Assembly: GCA_049975285.1 (NCBI GenBank)
Contig: JBNGDQ010000001.1
Coordinates: forward strand, 1-38,272
DNA from: Thermoplasmatota archaeon
GTDB lineage: Archaea > Thermoplasmatota > E2 > UBA202 > DSCA01
Length of the DNA: 38,272 nucleotides
Reading direction: 5' to 3'
The notes below the pieces were generated by a model. The model saw only the letters and a program-made list of their open reading frames with translations, ran no database searches and was not told the origin of the DNA. Shown piece after piece: positions 17,886-26,866 of this stretch (the stretch's first letter is position 1; the number at the start of each line of letters is the position of its first letter). The position numbers and the translations under genes were made by a program.

Positions 17886-17960
17886 GGGCTCGTAGCCTAG
17901 CCAGGATTGGGCGGCAGCCTTCGGAGCTGCAGACCGTGGGTTCAAATCCCACCGAGCCCG
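17886..17960 (+). tRNA. tRNA-Arg (anticodon UCG)
   Basis: Hand-folded cloverleaf. Acceptor stem GGGCTCG/CGAGCCC, D stem GCCT/GGGC, and anticodon stem GCAGC/GCTGC with loop CT-TCG-GA. The T arm is GTGGG-TTCAAAT-CCCAC and the discriminator is G. No CCA is encoded. Confidence 0.9.
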
Positions 17961-18213
17961 CTCACCCGCAACAGCGCAAAAATAGAACCGTTATTTGTAA
18001 AGTAATATTTAAAAATGGTATTAAATTTTGTGCCTATCGATTTCTAGCCCTATTTTTATAAGCTTTTTGAGCGGTTGCACACTAGGGCATTTGCCATACA
18101 CCAAGCAAATGTTACAGAGTAAAACCACGGTACACGTGCCTCAGCGTTTGCTCAATAGGACTGAGGTACAAAGCATGGCTTTTAATCATTGCTTCCTGCC
18201 GCTTTCCTTCCTC

Positions 18214-19890
18214 CTAGAAGTCGTATACCTGCTGGTAGACGGGGTGCTTCACGATCTCATCCTTATGCTCGCGGAACTGTTGGACGCGCTGCTTGGCCTG
18301 CTTGCTGTCCTCCATGAGCTGTTCGGCGCGGTCTCCAGTGGCCTTATGCTTTTCCAGGTAGGCATCACGGTAGATGGAGGGATAGACGTTGTAGGTGCAG
18401 AACGGGATGATGCGGTCTCCAGTGGCGTAGTGGATGCTGCAGCGCTGGACGCGGTTGACGTCGTAGTTGTAGTAGTCCTGGAAGTGCATCATGCCCAGAA
18501 ACAGGAAATTATAATGGAAGGTGCGCAGGCTGTCGTAGCTGCCCTCCCCGAAGATGTTCTCCAGCATGTCCGAGAGCAGCTCGCCGTTCGGCAATTCATC
18601 CTGGATGATATAGTCGGTGAGTTTCTTCGCCAGGGCCTTGTTGATGCCGCGGTAGCGCACCGCATCGCGGATCAGGCTGACGCCGGTGGCGACTTTCTTC
18701 CAGCGGCTCGTCGTCATGTCATTGACGTCCTGGATGAAGCGGTCAACGTCGATGAAATCCGTGATCGGATACAGCTTCATGGCCTCCCGGTCGACGTAGA
18801 CGTAGGTGGCGATACCGCATTTCTCGTTGTTGTAGAAGTGGACGTCATAATGGGCGCGTTTGCCGATAATGTCCGCCAGCGACGACACCGTGGACACGGG
18901 ATACCAGGCCTCCATGCCGAAGCCGAATCGCTGCCTGAGCTGCTCCACGATGTCGCTCTGAACGACGCGGAGTTTCTCCCGGTCACCTTTTTTGATGAAG
19001 CCGACCATGGATATCGGCTGAAAGTTGACGGCCTTGACGCCCTTGTCCATGTTGTGCATGGCAAACCTGACGATGTCCGGTGTTTCCTTGAGATTCAACT
19101 GGCTGACCGTGGGCACCAGCACGGTGCTCTTGATACCTCCGTCGATGTAGGCCTGCAACGCGAACGGCGTCTCATAATGATTCTTGGGGTCACTGGCTGA
19201 ATCCGGGCTGACCCCGTCGAACGAGGTATAGATGGTCTTCAAGCCGGCATCCCGCCATCGCTTCACTCGCTCGACGGCTCTCTCGGGATCCTCATAATAA
19301 TCGATGCCCACCGAGATAGAGTTCGAGTTCAACTGGACATGCGGCGACCCCAGCTCGACGGCTCCAGCGATGATCTCCGCCAGGTCATCCCGCATGGCGG
19401 GCTCCCCACCGGTTATCTGTATCGGGGGCACGTAGCCGTTGAAGCGCTCCGCAGTCTGAATGCCCGCCAGAATCTCATCGATGGATGGCTCATACACGAA
19501 GCCGGCTTTTTCCTCATAAAAGAAGCAGTACCAGCAGCGAAGGTCGCATCTGTTTGTTACCGCAACGTTCAACAATGCCGTGCTGTTCTTGTGCTGGCTA
19601 CAGAGCCCGCAGTTCATCATGTCCTGCGTGTGCTCGATCTCCGTCTGGATGTCTGCTTTCCGGTCCACGGGCGGTGGATACTGTTTGACTTTCTGCCAGT
19701 ACTCCAGGCTGCCGATGCGCTCCCGGGTGCCGTTCTCCTTGAGCAGGTACACCTGCCCGTCTTTTGCTACATAGGCGGCGGGAATCGTGACCGGTATGCC
19801 CCGGGATTCCATTGCCTCCTCGTCGACGCTGCGCGTGGTCTCCAGCACCTCGTATCCCTCCTCCCGGGCAGTTGTTTCAAGGGAACCCAT
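18214..19890 (-). CDS. Large radical SAM protein, COG1964-like; probable tetraether lipid synthase (Tes / GDGT-MAS) homolog
   Basis: The product is 558 aa. The radical-SAM motif is VTNRCDLRCWYCFF, with an extra CGLC pair just upstream. A Cys-bearing C-terminal region reads MMHFQDYYNYDVNRVQRCSIHYATGDRIIPFCTYN. The family resemblance is from memory. The gene is divergent from the GGPP synthase gene. Confidence 0.6.
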   Translation of the reverse strand: MGSLETTAREEGYEVLETTRSVDEEAMESRGIPVTIPAAYVAKDGQVYLLKENGTRERIGSLEYWQKVKQYPPPVDRKADIQTEIEHTQDMMNCGLCSQHKNSTALLNVAVTNRCDLRCWYCFFYEEKAGFVYEPSIDEILAGIQTAERFNGYVPPIQITGGEPAMRDDLAEIIAGAVELGSPHVQLNSNSISVGIDYYEDPERAVERVKRWRDAGLKTIYTSFDGVSPDSASDPKNHYETPFALQAYIDGGIKSTVLVPTVSQLNLKETPDIVRFAMHNMDKGVKAVNFQPISMVGFIKKGDREKLRVVQSDIVEQLRQRFGFGMEAWYPVSTVSSLADIIGKRAHYDVHFYNNEKCGIATYVYVDREAMKLYPITDFIDVDRFIQDVNDMTTSRWKKVATGVSLIRDAVRYRGINKALAKKLTDYIIQDELPNGELLSDMLENIFGEGSYDSLRTFHYNFLFLGMMHFQDYYNYDVNRVQRCSIHYATGDRIIPFCTYNVYPSIYRDAYLEKHKATGDRAEQLMEDSKQAKQRVQQFREHKDEIVKHPVYQQVYDF

Positions 19891-19913
19891 AGTGGATGTG
19901 CCAACTCACGAGA

Positions 19914-19925
19914 TTATTTAAATTT
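19914..19925 (-). promoter_or_regulatory. TATA-like box for the Tes-like gene
   Basis: The minus-strand AAATTTAAATAA is centred about 28 nt upstream of ATG 19890 (leaderless geometry). Confidence 0.4.
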
Positions 19926-20038
19926 TTCTTGTTTGACGGCGCCGCTACAGGAAGAAAATGCCGCATCGGGTGGTCATGGAGCCACCCTGCAGCCAGGCAG
20001 GGATGGATGACAAAACGCTTTAAACTGTTTGGATTCGG

Positions 20039-20047
20039 TTTATAAAA
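20039..20047 (+). promoter_or_regulatory. TATA-like box (TTTATAAAA) for the GGPP synthase operon
   Basis: It lies about 35 nt upstream of ATG 20079 and about 80 nt upstream of the alternative ATG 20127. Confidence 0.4.
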
Positions 20048-20078
20048 CCGTTGAAGCGGGGTAACAATTATTACGTCA

Positions 20079-21104
20079 ATGCCACGGGCGTTAGGTTCAT
20101 ATATAGGATGTTGTTTAGCCCTAACAATGTCCCTCAGTCACGTGCTTACATTTCAGGAATTCGTCGCCCAGATGCAGGACGAAGTCCGCAACAAGATAGA
20201 CCAGGAGGTGACGGATGAGGATATGCGCTACGCCATCGAGGGCGGCAAACTCCTCCGCCCCGTCATGCTCATTCTTTCCTTCAAGGCATGCTCGAACGGG
20301 CAGCACGACCGTTTGTATCAGAAGGCGCTGGAGAGCGCCGTGGGCATCGAACTGGCGCATTCGGCATCTCTGCTCCATGACGACATTATGGATGATGACG
20401 CCGTGCGGCGGGGGAAATCAGCCCTGCACGTCAAAAAAGGCGTAGGCAATGCTATTCTTACTGGGCATCGGATGATTAGCCAGGCGTTCCGCATCTCCGT
20501 GGACCACGGCCTGCAGAATGCACGTATCTTTCTCGATACCTGGGATGACACCCTGGTGGGGCAGCTGCGCGACATCGACCTCAACGCCCACCTGGAGCAG
20601 ATCTTCGAGGAGGAAAACTCTACTGAGCTGCTGATGCAGGAGTACATCCGGGTCATCGAGATGAAGACCGCGTCATTGTTCGCGACTGCCTGCCGCGCCG
20701 GGGCCATCGAGGCGCAGGCCTCTGACGAGGTTCGCTCAACCATGGCCGAATACGGCCGCAACGTCGGGCTGGCCTACCAGATAGCGGACGACATGGTGGA
20801 CATCGCCCAGGGCAAGATGGAGGAGGGCATCATCATGCCCCTACTGAAGGCCTTCGGGACCGACGTCGACCAGCGGACCATCGAGCTGCTGGAGAAAGGC
20901 AAGCTGTCCATCGAGGAGGAACTCGAAAAGAAGGGCACCAGCCTGGAAGAGGTCTACGAGCAGGGCATCACCCGCTACGTCAAGCGCTCGCAGGACATCG
21001 CTGACTCTCCGGCTATCCCGGATAGTTCCTACAAGGCGCTGCTGCGCGAGGCACCGGTGTACATCACCAACAAAATGACGGAAAAAATCGGCGTCACGGT
21101 ATAA
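20079..21104 (+). CDS. idsA: Polyprenyl diphosphate synthase, most likely geranylgeranyl diphosphate synthase
   Basis: The first aspartate-rich motif is LLHDDIMDDD and the second is QIADDMVD. A trans-prenyltransferase fold is expected. An alternative start at 20127 (MSLSHV...) is possible. Confidence 0.88.
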   Translation: MPRALGSYIGCCLALTMSLSHVLTFQEFVAQMQDEVRNKIDQEVTDEDMRYAIEGGKLLRPVMLILSFKACSNGQHDRLYQKALESAVGIELAHSASLLHDDIMDDDAVRRGKSALHVKKGVGNAILTGHRMISQAFRISVDHGLQNARIFLDTWDDTLVGQLRDIDLNAHLEQIFEEENSTELLMQEYIRVIEMKTASLFATACRAGAIEAQASDEVRSTMAEYGRNVGLAYQIADDMVDIAQGKMEEGIIMPLLKAFGTDVDQRTIELLEKGKLSIEEELEKKGTSLEEVYEQGITRYVKRSQDIADSPAIPDSSYKALLREAPVYITNKMTEKIGVTV

Positions 21105-21785
21105 ATGGCCATCGAGCAGAAAGGGATTACGTCTCCCTTTACCGTCGCCACTTCGATTATCACGGGGGGATTGTTTCCCCTGCTGGGTGCTTTTTTTGCC
21201 TATAGCACCGGGGCTATCCCCACGTTGGAGGACATGGCCTGGCCGGCGCTGGCGTTGACCGTCATCGGCGGCTTTCTGGCACATTACCTCCTGTCGCATA
21301 CCATCCATGACCTGTTCCACTATGAGATAGAGGAGCGGGCCACGTTCAGCCGGCAAACTTTAAAAATCATGCTCATCGTGACGGTCGTCGTCCTGCTCGG
21401 CATCGCCATCTATCTCACCCTGCAGGCCGGCTGGCCCGTGATGGTGTTCGCCGTCATCGGCGCACTCGTTTCCATGTACGCGGAGGGATTGTTCCACAGC
21501 GAAGTCCAGATGGCCATCGGGGCCATGTTCCTGGTCATCGGGTCCTTCTACGTCCAGGTCGGCAGCCGGTATCACGGCCTGGATGCCTTCACCGACATCA
21601 ATGGCATGATTTGGCTGAAGGTCGCGATGCTGTCCCTCTTCGCGTTTTTCTCCCAGTACGGCTGGTTGCTCTTCTACCGGCTGGACGACTACGACTGGAG
21701 TCCCCGGGTCCGCAACCAGAGCATCCTGCTCACCAAGCTCGGGCTCCCCTTCCTCATCCTGGCGCTCGCGCTGCCCGTGACGTAA
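21105..21785 (+). CDS. Polytopic membrane protein (about 7 TM) of unknown function, abutting GGPP synthase
   Basis: Its ATG immediately follows the idsA TAA (TAAATG). Loops carry a His/acidic motif, AHYLLSHTIHDLFHYEIEE, and a second LFHSE motif. No family was recognised. Confidence 0.7.
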   Translation: MAIEQKGITSPFTVATSIITGGLFPLLGAFFAYSTGAIPTLEDMAWPALALTVIGGFLAHYLLSHTIHDLFHYEIEERATFSRQTLKIMLIVTVVVLLGIAIYLTLQAGWPVMVFAVIGALVSMYAEGLFHSEVQMAIGAMFLVIGSFYVQVGSRYHGLDAFTDINGMIWLKVAMLSLFAFFSQYGWLLFYRLDDYDWSPRVRNQSILLTKLGLPFLILALALPVT

Positions 21786-21845
21786 CGACAGGGCACTGAT
21801 ACACGCCGAGACGGAAACCATATATAGCCAGAACCGTTGAATGGA

Positions 21846-22955
21846 ATGATGCGCGCACTCATGGCTCTCGTGGTCGCCATCGTCATGGTGGCGGGCAGCG
21901 TCGGGCTCACCACTGAGATGCAGCACCCCACGGGCGGAGCAGGGCAGCCGTCATCGCTTGCGCCCACTACGGCTGCGGGAGGAGACGACGGCGTGGATGA
22001 TGCAGCTCATTTCAAGTACTATCAGAACGACAGCGACATCTCCCGGTGGTATGAATGGTGGTATCTGAACGTGAAGACGGAGAACGGTCACAGCCTGCTC
22101 ATCGAGTTTTTTACCTTTGGGGATCTCAACAATCTCTTCACCTCGGCAGTCGGCGTGGTCATGTTGTTCATGCACGAGGACGGCTCCACCTATAAGAGCT
22201 TGAAGAGCTACCCGGGGATTCCGTATTCCTTGAGCTATGAGACCTGCGATGTCTCCATAGCGGGAGACCGATTCGTCCAGCGGGACGACGGCAGCTACGA
22301 CGTCTCCTATCACAATTATGTCCAGCAGGTTGACCTAGACCTGCATGTCATGGGCCTGATGGCACCCGTCGTCGGGCGGCACAGCCAGTTGAACGACCGA
22401 GAGTGGATGGCCTGGAATGCAGCCGTGCCAGCCGGTGAGGTGCACGGCAACCTGGCGTTCCGGGAGAACGGCAAAATGGAGTACTACGACATGACCGGTG
22501 TTGGTTATCACGACCATAACTGGGGCATCGCCCGGAAGCTTCCGCTCCAGTGGGACTGGGGCGAGTTCACCGACCCCTCGATGCCGGCCACCTTCATCTA
22601 CGGAGCCGCCAAAGTCGGGGATGGTCCCTACCAGCACGGGGGCATCAACGTGGCCACCACTACCCGGGATCGATATATCCCCATCCAGAACGTTACCATT
22701 GAATACCTTGAATGGGAGGACGTCGCGGGCGTATCCAAGCCCACGATGCTGCGTATCACCGGTGAAAGCAGCGCCATGTCCGTCCAGGCGACGGTGCAGA
22801 TCCACCGTTATTACCTCGTCGCGGGCACTGGATGGTTCGGGATGCCCTACCTGGTCGGCTCCCTCAACGCCGACATATACGTCAACGGCCACCACTACGA
22901 GATGCGGAACGTCATCGGCTTCTATGAGCACCACTATTTCTCTATCTTCAGTTAA
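21846..22955 (+). CDS. Exported AttH/CrtC-like (carotenoid 1,2-hydratase fold, lipocalin-like) protein
   Basis: The ORF-track start at 21837 is TTG. ATG 21846 lies about 23 nt downstream of CATATATAG (21819-21827). The N-terminal signal-anchor is MMRALMALVVAIVMVAGSVGL. The segment SRWYEWWYLNVKTENGHSLLIEFFTFG matches the 'EWWY...G' hallmark of the AttH/CrtC family. Confidence 0.65.
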   Translation: MMRALMALVVAIVMVAGSVGLTTEMQHPTGGAGQPSSLAPTTAAGGDDGVDDAAHFKYYQNDSDISRWYEWWYLNVKTENGHSLLIEFFTFGDLNNLFTSAVGVVMLFMHEDGSTYKSLKSYPGIPYSLSYETCDVSIAGDRFVQRDDGSYDVSYHNYVQQVDLDLHVMGLMAPVVGRHSQLNDREWMAWNAAVPAGEVHGNLAFRENGKMEYYDMTGVGYHDHNWGIARKLPLQWDWGEFTDPSMPATFIYGAAKVGDGPYQHGGINVATTTRDRYIPIQNVTIEYLEWEDVAGVSKPTMLRITGESSAMSVQATVQIHRYYLVAGTGWFGMPYLVGSLNADIYVNGHHYEMRNVIGFYEHHYFSIFS

Positions 22956-23063
22956 AAGGAAAACAGCTATAAATCCGAGTTGAATACGCCACTGAGGGCG
23001 GGGCCGAAAAGACGGATTTGCCTCCAAATTTTCAGGCCCTGCTCTCTCTTTTTCACCTGGCAG

Positions 23064-24737
23064 CTAGAACAATCCGTGCATGGTACCATCGCTGTCGATG
23101 TCCATCTGCTCCGCGGCGGGACACGCCGGCAGCCCGGGCATCGTGGTAATCTTTCCCGTGATGGGCACCAGGAAGCCCGCTCCAGCCGAGATGCGAATCT
23201 GTTTGATAGTGATTTTGAAATCCATGGGCCGTCCCTTCAATGCCGCATCGTCGGACAACGAGTACGGGGTCTTCGCCATACAGATGAGCAGATTCTCCAG
23301 CCCCAATTTTTTGATGATCCGGAGGTCATCCTCCGCCGTCACGGTATACACGACTTTCTCCGCCCCGTACATCCGACGGGCGATCGTTTCAATCTTTTCC
23401 TTCACGTCCATCTCCGGCGCATACAGATACGAGAGCTTCGCCTCCTGATTATGGATAACATCCACCACCTTACCCGCCAGCTCTATCCCGCCGTCGCCGC
23501 CCTCCGCCCAGACGTCGGCCACCGCGAACGGCAGATTATGCTGCCCGCAGAAGGACTCCACAACATCGATTTCTGCATCAGTGTCACCGGAAAAACGATT
23601 GAGCGCCACCACGACCGGGACGTTGAACAATGCCACGTTATCCACATGCTTCTCCAGGTTCGCCAGGCCCTGCCTGACCGCCTCGACATCCGGCTGTCCC
23701 GCCTGGGCATCCTCCTGGGACATGCCGCCGTGGACCTTGAGCGCCCGGATGGAGACCACCATAACAGCCGCGTTCGGGGACAAGCCCTGCCGGCAGACGA
23801 TGTCAAAGAATTTCTCCGCCCCCAAATCGCTGCCGAAGCCCGCCTCGGTGACAAAGTAGTCAGCCAGCTTCAACCCCAGCTGCGTCGCCATCAGGCTATT
23901 GGTACCATGCGCGATGTTCGCAAAGGGACCGCCGTGCACGAAAGCCGGGACATGCTCCACCGTCTGCACCAGGTTGGGGCGCAGGGCATCCCGGAGCAGC
24001 ATCGCCATCGCTCCCACCGCATTGAGATCAGCAGCAGTGACGGGCTCCTCCTCATAGGTGTAGGCGGCAATAATCTTCGAAAGCCGCTGCTTCAACTCAT
24101 CGATGCTCCTCGACAAGCAGAGGATAGCCATGACCTCCGAGGCAGCCGTAATAGAAAACGAGTCCTGATGCGGGATGCCGTCCACCGGCCGGCCGAGGCC
24201 AACAACGGTGTTGCGCAGATTCCGGTCGTTCATGTCCAAAACGCGCGGCCAGACGATGTACCGCGGATCAATGTGAAACGCATCCCCATGATAGATATGA
24301 TTGTCCAGCATCGCCGACAGCAAATTATGCGCCGCCGTAATCGCGCTCAGGTCACCCGTAAAATGCAGGTTGATGTCCTCCATGGGCAGCACCTGCGAGT
24401 AGCCCCCACCGGTCCCCCCGCCCTTGACGCCCATCGTCGGGCCCAGCGACGGCTCCCGGATGGCCAGCGCCGTCTTCTTGCCCAGCTTCGCGAGCGCCTG
24501 CGCCAAGCCAATGGTGACAGTAGTCTTGCCCTCGCCCTCATGCGTCGGCGTGATCGTGGTCACCAGGATGAGCTTGCCGTCCGGTTCATCCCGGACGCGC
24601 TCCCATATCGCCGGGGACACCTTGGACTTGTGGCGCCCCCAGGGAATCAATTCATCGCTGCGAATGCCGATACGGGCTGCAACATCCTCTACGGGCTCCA
24701 GCTCCGTGGCCCGAGCAATCTCCAGATCTGACTTCAT
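23064..24737 (-). CDS. fhs: Formate--tetrahydrofolate ligase
   Basis: The product is 557 aa. Family segments are MKSDLEIA..., TPTHEGEGKTTVTIGLAQAL and PAFVHGGPFANIAHG. The start overlaps the upstream stop (ATGA). Confidence 0.97.
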   Translation of the reverse strand: MKSDLEIARATELEPVEDVAARIGIRSDELIPWGRHKSKVSPAIWERVRDEPDGKLILVTTITPTHEGEGKTTVTIGLAQALAKLGKKTALAIREPSLGPTMGVKGGGTGGGYSQVLPMEDINLHFTGDLSAITAAHNLLSAMLDNHIYHGDAFHIDPRYIVWPRVLDMNDRNLRNTVVGLGRPVDGIPHQDSFSITAASEVMAILCLSRSIDELKQRLSKIIAAYTYEEEPVTAADLNAVGAMAMLLRDALRPNLVQTVEHVPAFVHGGPFANIAHGTNSLMATQLGLKLADYFVTEAGFGSDLGAEKFFDIVCRQGLSPNAAVMVVSIRALKVHGGMSQEDAQAGQPDVEAVRQGLANLEKHVDNVALFNVPVVVALNRFSGDTDAEIDVVESFCGQHNLPFAVADVWAEGGDGGIELAGKVVDVIHNQEAKLSYLYAPEMDVKEKIETIARRMYGAEKVVYTVTAEDDLRIIKKLGLENLLICMAKTPYSLSDDAALKGRPMDFKITIKQIRISAGAGFLVPITGKITTMPGLPACPAAEQMDIDSDGTMHGLF

Positions 24738-25345
24738 AACGCCTCGTCGACCGCGGCGCGGGTCTCCCGCAGCCGCTCCGCCGCCCGCCCGGTGAGCTGC
24801 TCCACCCGCGTGGTCATCTCGCGGCAGAACGCCTCGTCGGTGATACCGCCGAGATTGATGCGGACATTGTACAGAGCCGCATTGAGCGCTGCATGGGCCA
24901 CTAACGCCGCGGTGCCTGCATCGGTAATCGAGTTCTGGTTGCCCTTCCGGGCGACGATGACCGCCTGATCCAGCACATCCAGGCAGTGCTCCGCCGTCTC
25001 CAGGGGCACCTCTGCGGCATGCTTGGATGCCTCCTGGATGGCCTGGCTGCGCTCGTCGCCCTTCGGCATCTTGAAGGCCGCCATGACCTCGTCGAAGGCC
25101 GCAGCGTCATCATTAGCCAGTTCGAGGAGCGCTGCCCGCGTGTCAGCCAGCCTGTCCCGTACTCCTCGTATCTCCGCGTCGACGTCGGCGTAGCGTTCCT
25201 TGCCGATGGTCAGATGGCAGACCATCTCCGCCAGCGATGCCGCCATGGCCCCGCTGACCGCGGCGGCGCTGCCGCCACCCGGCGTGGGGCTGCCGCTGGC
25301 CAAGTCGTCGATGAACTGCTGCAGCGATACATCAGCGAAGCTCAT
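24734..25345 (-). CDS. Formiminotetrahydrofolate cyclodeaminase / methenyl-THF cyclohydrolase (FtcD C-domain family)
   Basis: The segment SGSPTPGGGSAAAVSGAMAASLAEMV is the family hallmark. Both gene junctions overlap by 4 nt (ATGA). Confidence 0.9.
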   Translation of the reverse strand: MSFADVSLQQFIDDLASGSPTPGGGSAAAVSGAMAASLAEMVCHLTIGKERYADVDAEIRGVRDRLADTRAALLELANDDAAAFDEVMAAFKMPKGDERSQAIQEASKHAAEVPLETAEHCLDVLDQAVIVARKGNQNSITDAGTAALVAHAALNAALYNVRINLGGITDEAFCREMTTRVEQLTGRAAERLRETRAAVDEAL

Positions 25346-26244
25346 ACCAGGTCCTCCATCATCCGCTGCTCGAGGACCTGTCCCGGGTCGAAGTCCTCCA
25401 GCCGGAGGTAGTAGTCAGCCACGTCCAGCAGTGCCTCCATGGGCAGCAGGCCGATGAGCTCGCTGCCGATGACGGTGACCCCGTACCGGGCCGCCTCGTT
25501 TTTGATGGTCTCGAAGACCCGGAAGAGCGGCGTGCCGCGGTAGTTGACCATATTCATTGAGACCTGGACGATGCCGCGCTCCTTGATCTCGAAGCCCATG
25601 GCCTTGACGTGCCGGTAGCCACCCGATGAATGACGGACGGCCTTGGCTATCTTTTTCGCTACGTCGATGTCATCCGTACCGAGGTTGACGTTGAACGCGA
25701 TGAGGAAAAACCGGGCGCCGACCGCTGTCGCCCCGGCCGTGGGATGGATTTTATTCGGCCCGAAGTCCGGCTTCCGCTCAGGATCGGTGCCGATGGCGTC
25801 GCGGAGCCCCTCGAACTCGCCCTTGCGTATCTTCGCCAGGTTTTTCCGCTCCGGCCGAGTGGCCGCCTCCTCATACAGATAGCAGGGCACGCCGGTGTCC
25901 CCGGCGAACGTCTTAGCGAAGTCATTAGCCAGCTCGATGCAGTCCTCCATGGTGGCACCCATAAGGGGAATAAAGGGAACAACGTCCATGGCACCCATGC
26001 GGGGATGTTCACCGCTGTGCTCCGTCATATCGATGAGCTCGACGGCCTTCTTCGCCATGGCCAGCGCCGCGTCTTTGACCTCCCCGGGAGCGCCGATAAT
26101 AGTGACATCGGTACGGTTGTGGTCTGCATCCGGTGACCGGTCGAGTATCTTGACGTCATAGTCGTCCAACTCGCCGATAATGGCGTCGATGACCTCCTGG
26201 CGTTTTCCCTCACTGAAGTTTGGGACACACTCTATCAGTTTCAT
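25342..26244 (-). CDS. ftcD: Glutamate formimidoyltransferase (FtcD N-domain family)
   Basis: It has the MKLIECVPNFSEGKRQEVIDAI N-terminus and a 300-aa two-subdomain length. Confidence 0.92.
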   Translation of the reverse strand: MKLIECVPNFSEGKRQEVIDAIIGELDDYDVKILDRSPDADHNRTDVTIIGAPGEVKDAALAMAKKAVELIDMTEHSGEHPRMGAMDVVPFIPLMGATMEDCIELANDFAKTFAGDTGVPCYLYEEAATRPERKNLAKIRKGEFEGLRDAIGTDPERKPDFGPNKIHPTAGATAVGARFFLIAFNVNLGTDDIDVAKKIAKAVRHSSGGYRHVKAMGFEIKERGIVQVSMNMVNYRGTPLFRVFETIKNEAARYGVTVIGSELIGLLPMEALLDVADYYLRLEDFDPGQVLEQRMMEDLV

Positions 26245-26296
26245 AGTGACACCTCAAGGGTGAATGAAGGCCGGTGTTTTAAGCCTTTCTTTGCGG

Positions 26297-26845
26297 CTAT
26301 TCCAGCGAGAACAGGTCCTGCGGCGCTAGCTCATCCAGCTTGTCGGTCGCCCGGATGACACCATCCTCCCGGATGATGAAGCCCTCCTGCTCGTATTCAT
26401 CGAGAATCTGCGTGATAACCGAGGTCTCCCGCATAATCTCGTCCTCCAGCTCCTCGATGTTCACCCGACCCCGCAATCGGAGGCTCACCAGCACAATCAT
26501 CAACACGACCATGACGATATCCTTCGCCAGCACCTTCTCCGCGATATAATCCTCGATGCTCTCCGGCGTATCCGCCATCCGCCAGCCTAACAGGAAGAAG
26601 CCATCCACGACCAAGCGCCCGGCCCACGTGAGCCGGTAGCGTCCCCCCGGCTTCTCAATGAAATGCATCTCCTGTAGCGCCGACAGCGCCCGGTTGAACG
26701 TAGCCGTCGCGATGCCCGTCTCATCCTGGAGCTCCTTCCACCGGAGGCCCTCCTGCTCCCGGAGCACCGTCAGGATAACGATGACGTTTTCGCGCAGCAG
26801 CCGAAAAATCTTGTAGACAACGTCCTGACTCTCAGTATCGTTCAT
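26297..26845 (-). CDS. Winged-helix transcriptional regulator-like protein (HxlR/ArsR-like N-domain), hypothetical
   Basis: The wHTH region is ILTVLREQEGLRWKELQDETGIATATFNRALSALQEMHFIEKPGGRYRLT. A central hydrophobic stretch reads DIVMVVLMIVLVSL. The C-terminus may form a second wHTH-like region. Confidence 0.55.
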   Translation of the reverse strand: MNDTESQDVVYKIFRLLRENVIVILTVLREQEGLRWKELQDETGIATATFNRALSALQEMHFIEKPGGRYRLTWAGRLVVDGFFLLGWRMADTPESIEDYIAEKVLAKDIVMVVLMIVLVSLRLRGRVNIEELEDEIMRETSVITQILDEYEQEGFIIREDGVIRATDKLDELAPQDLFSLE

Positions 26846-26866
26846 CTCATAGCCAACGCTCGTGCT

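Noticed and set aside
22969-23017. AAATCCG ... CGGATTT inverted repeat between the convergent AttH-like and fhs genes, considered as a terminator hairpin
   Set aside because: It is only a 7-bp stem with a loop of about 35 nt, which is not distinguishable from chance.
22980-24731. 583-aa plus-strand ORF spanning almost the whole fhs locus
   Set aside because: It is antisense to an unmistakable formate-THF ligase. Its product is Arg/His/Gln/Pro-rich and low in complexity, with no motifs. This is the typical stop-poor antisense frame of a high-GC gene.
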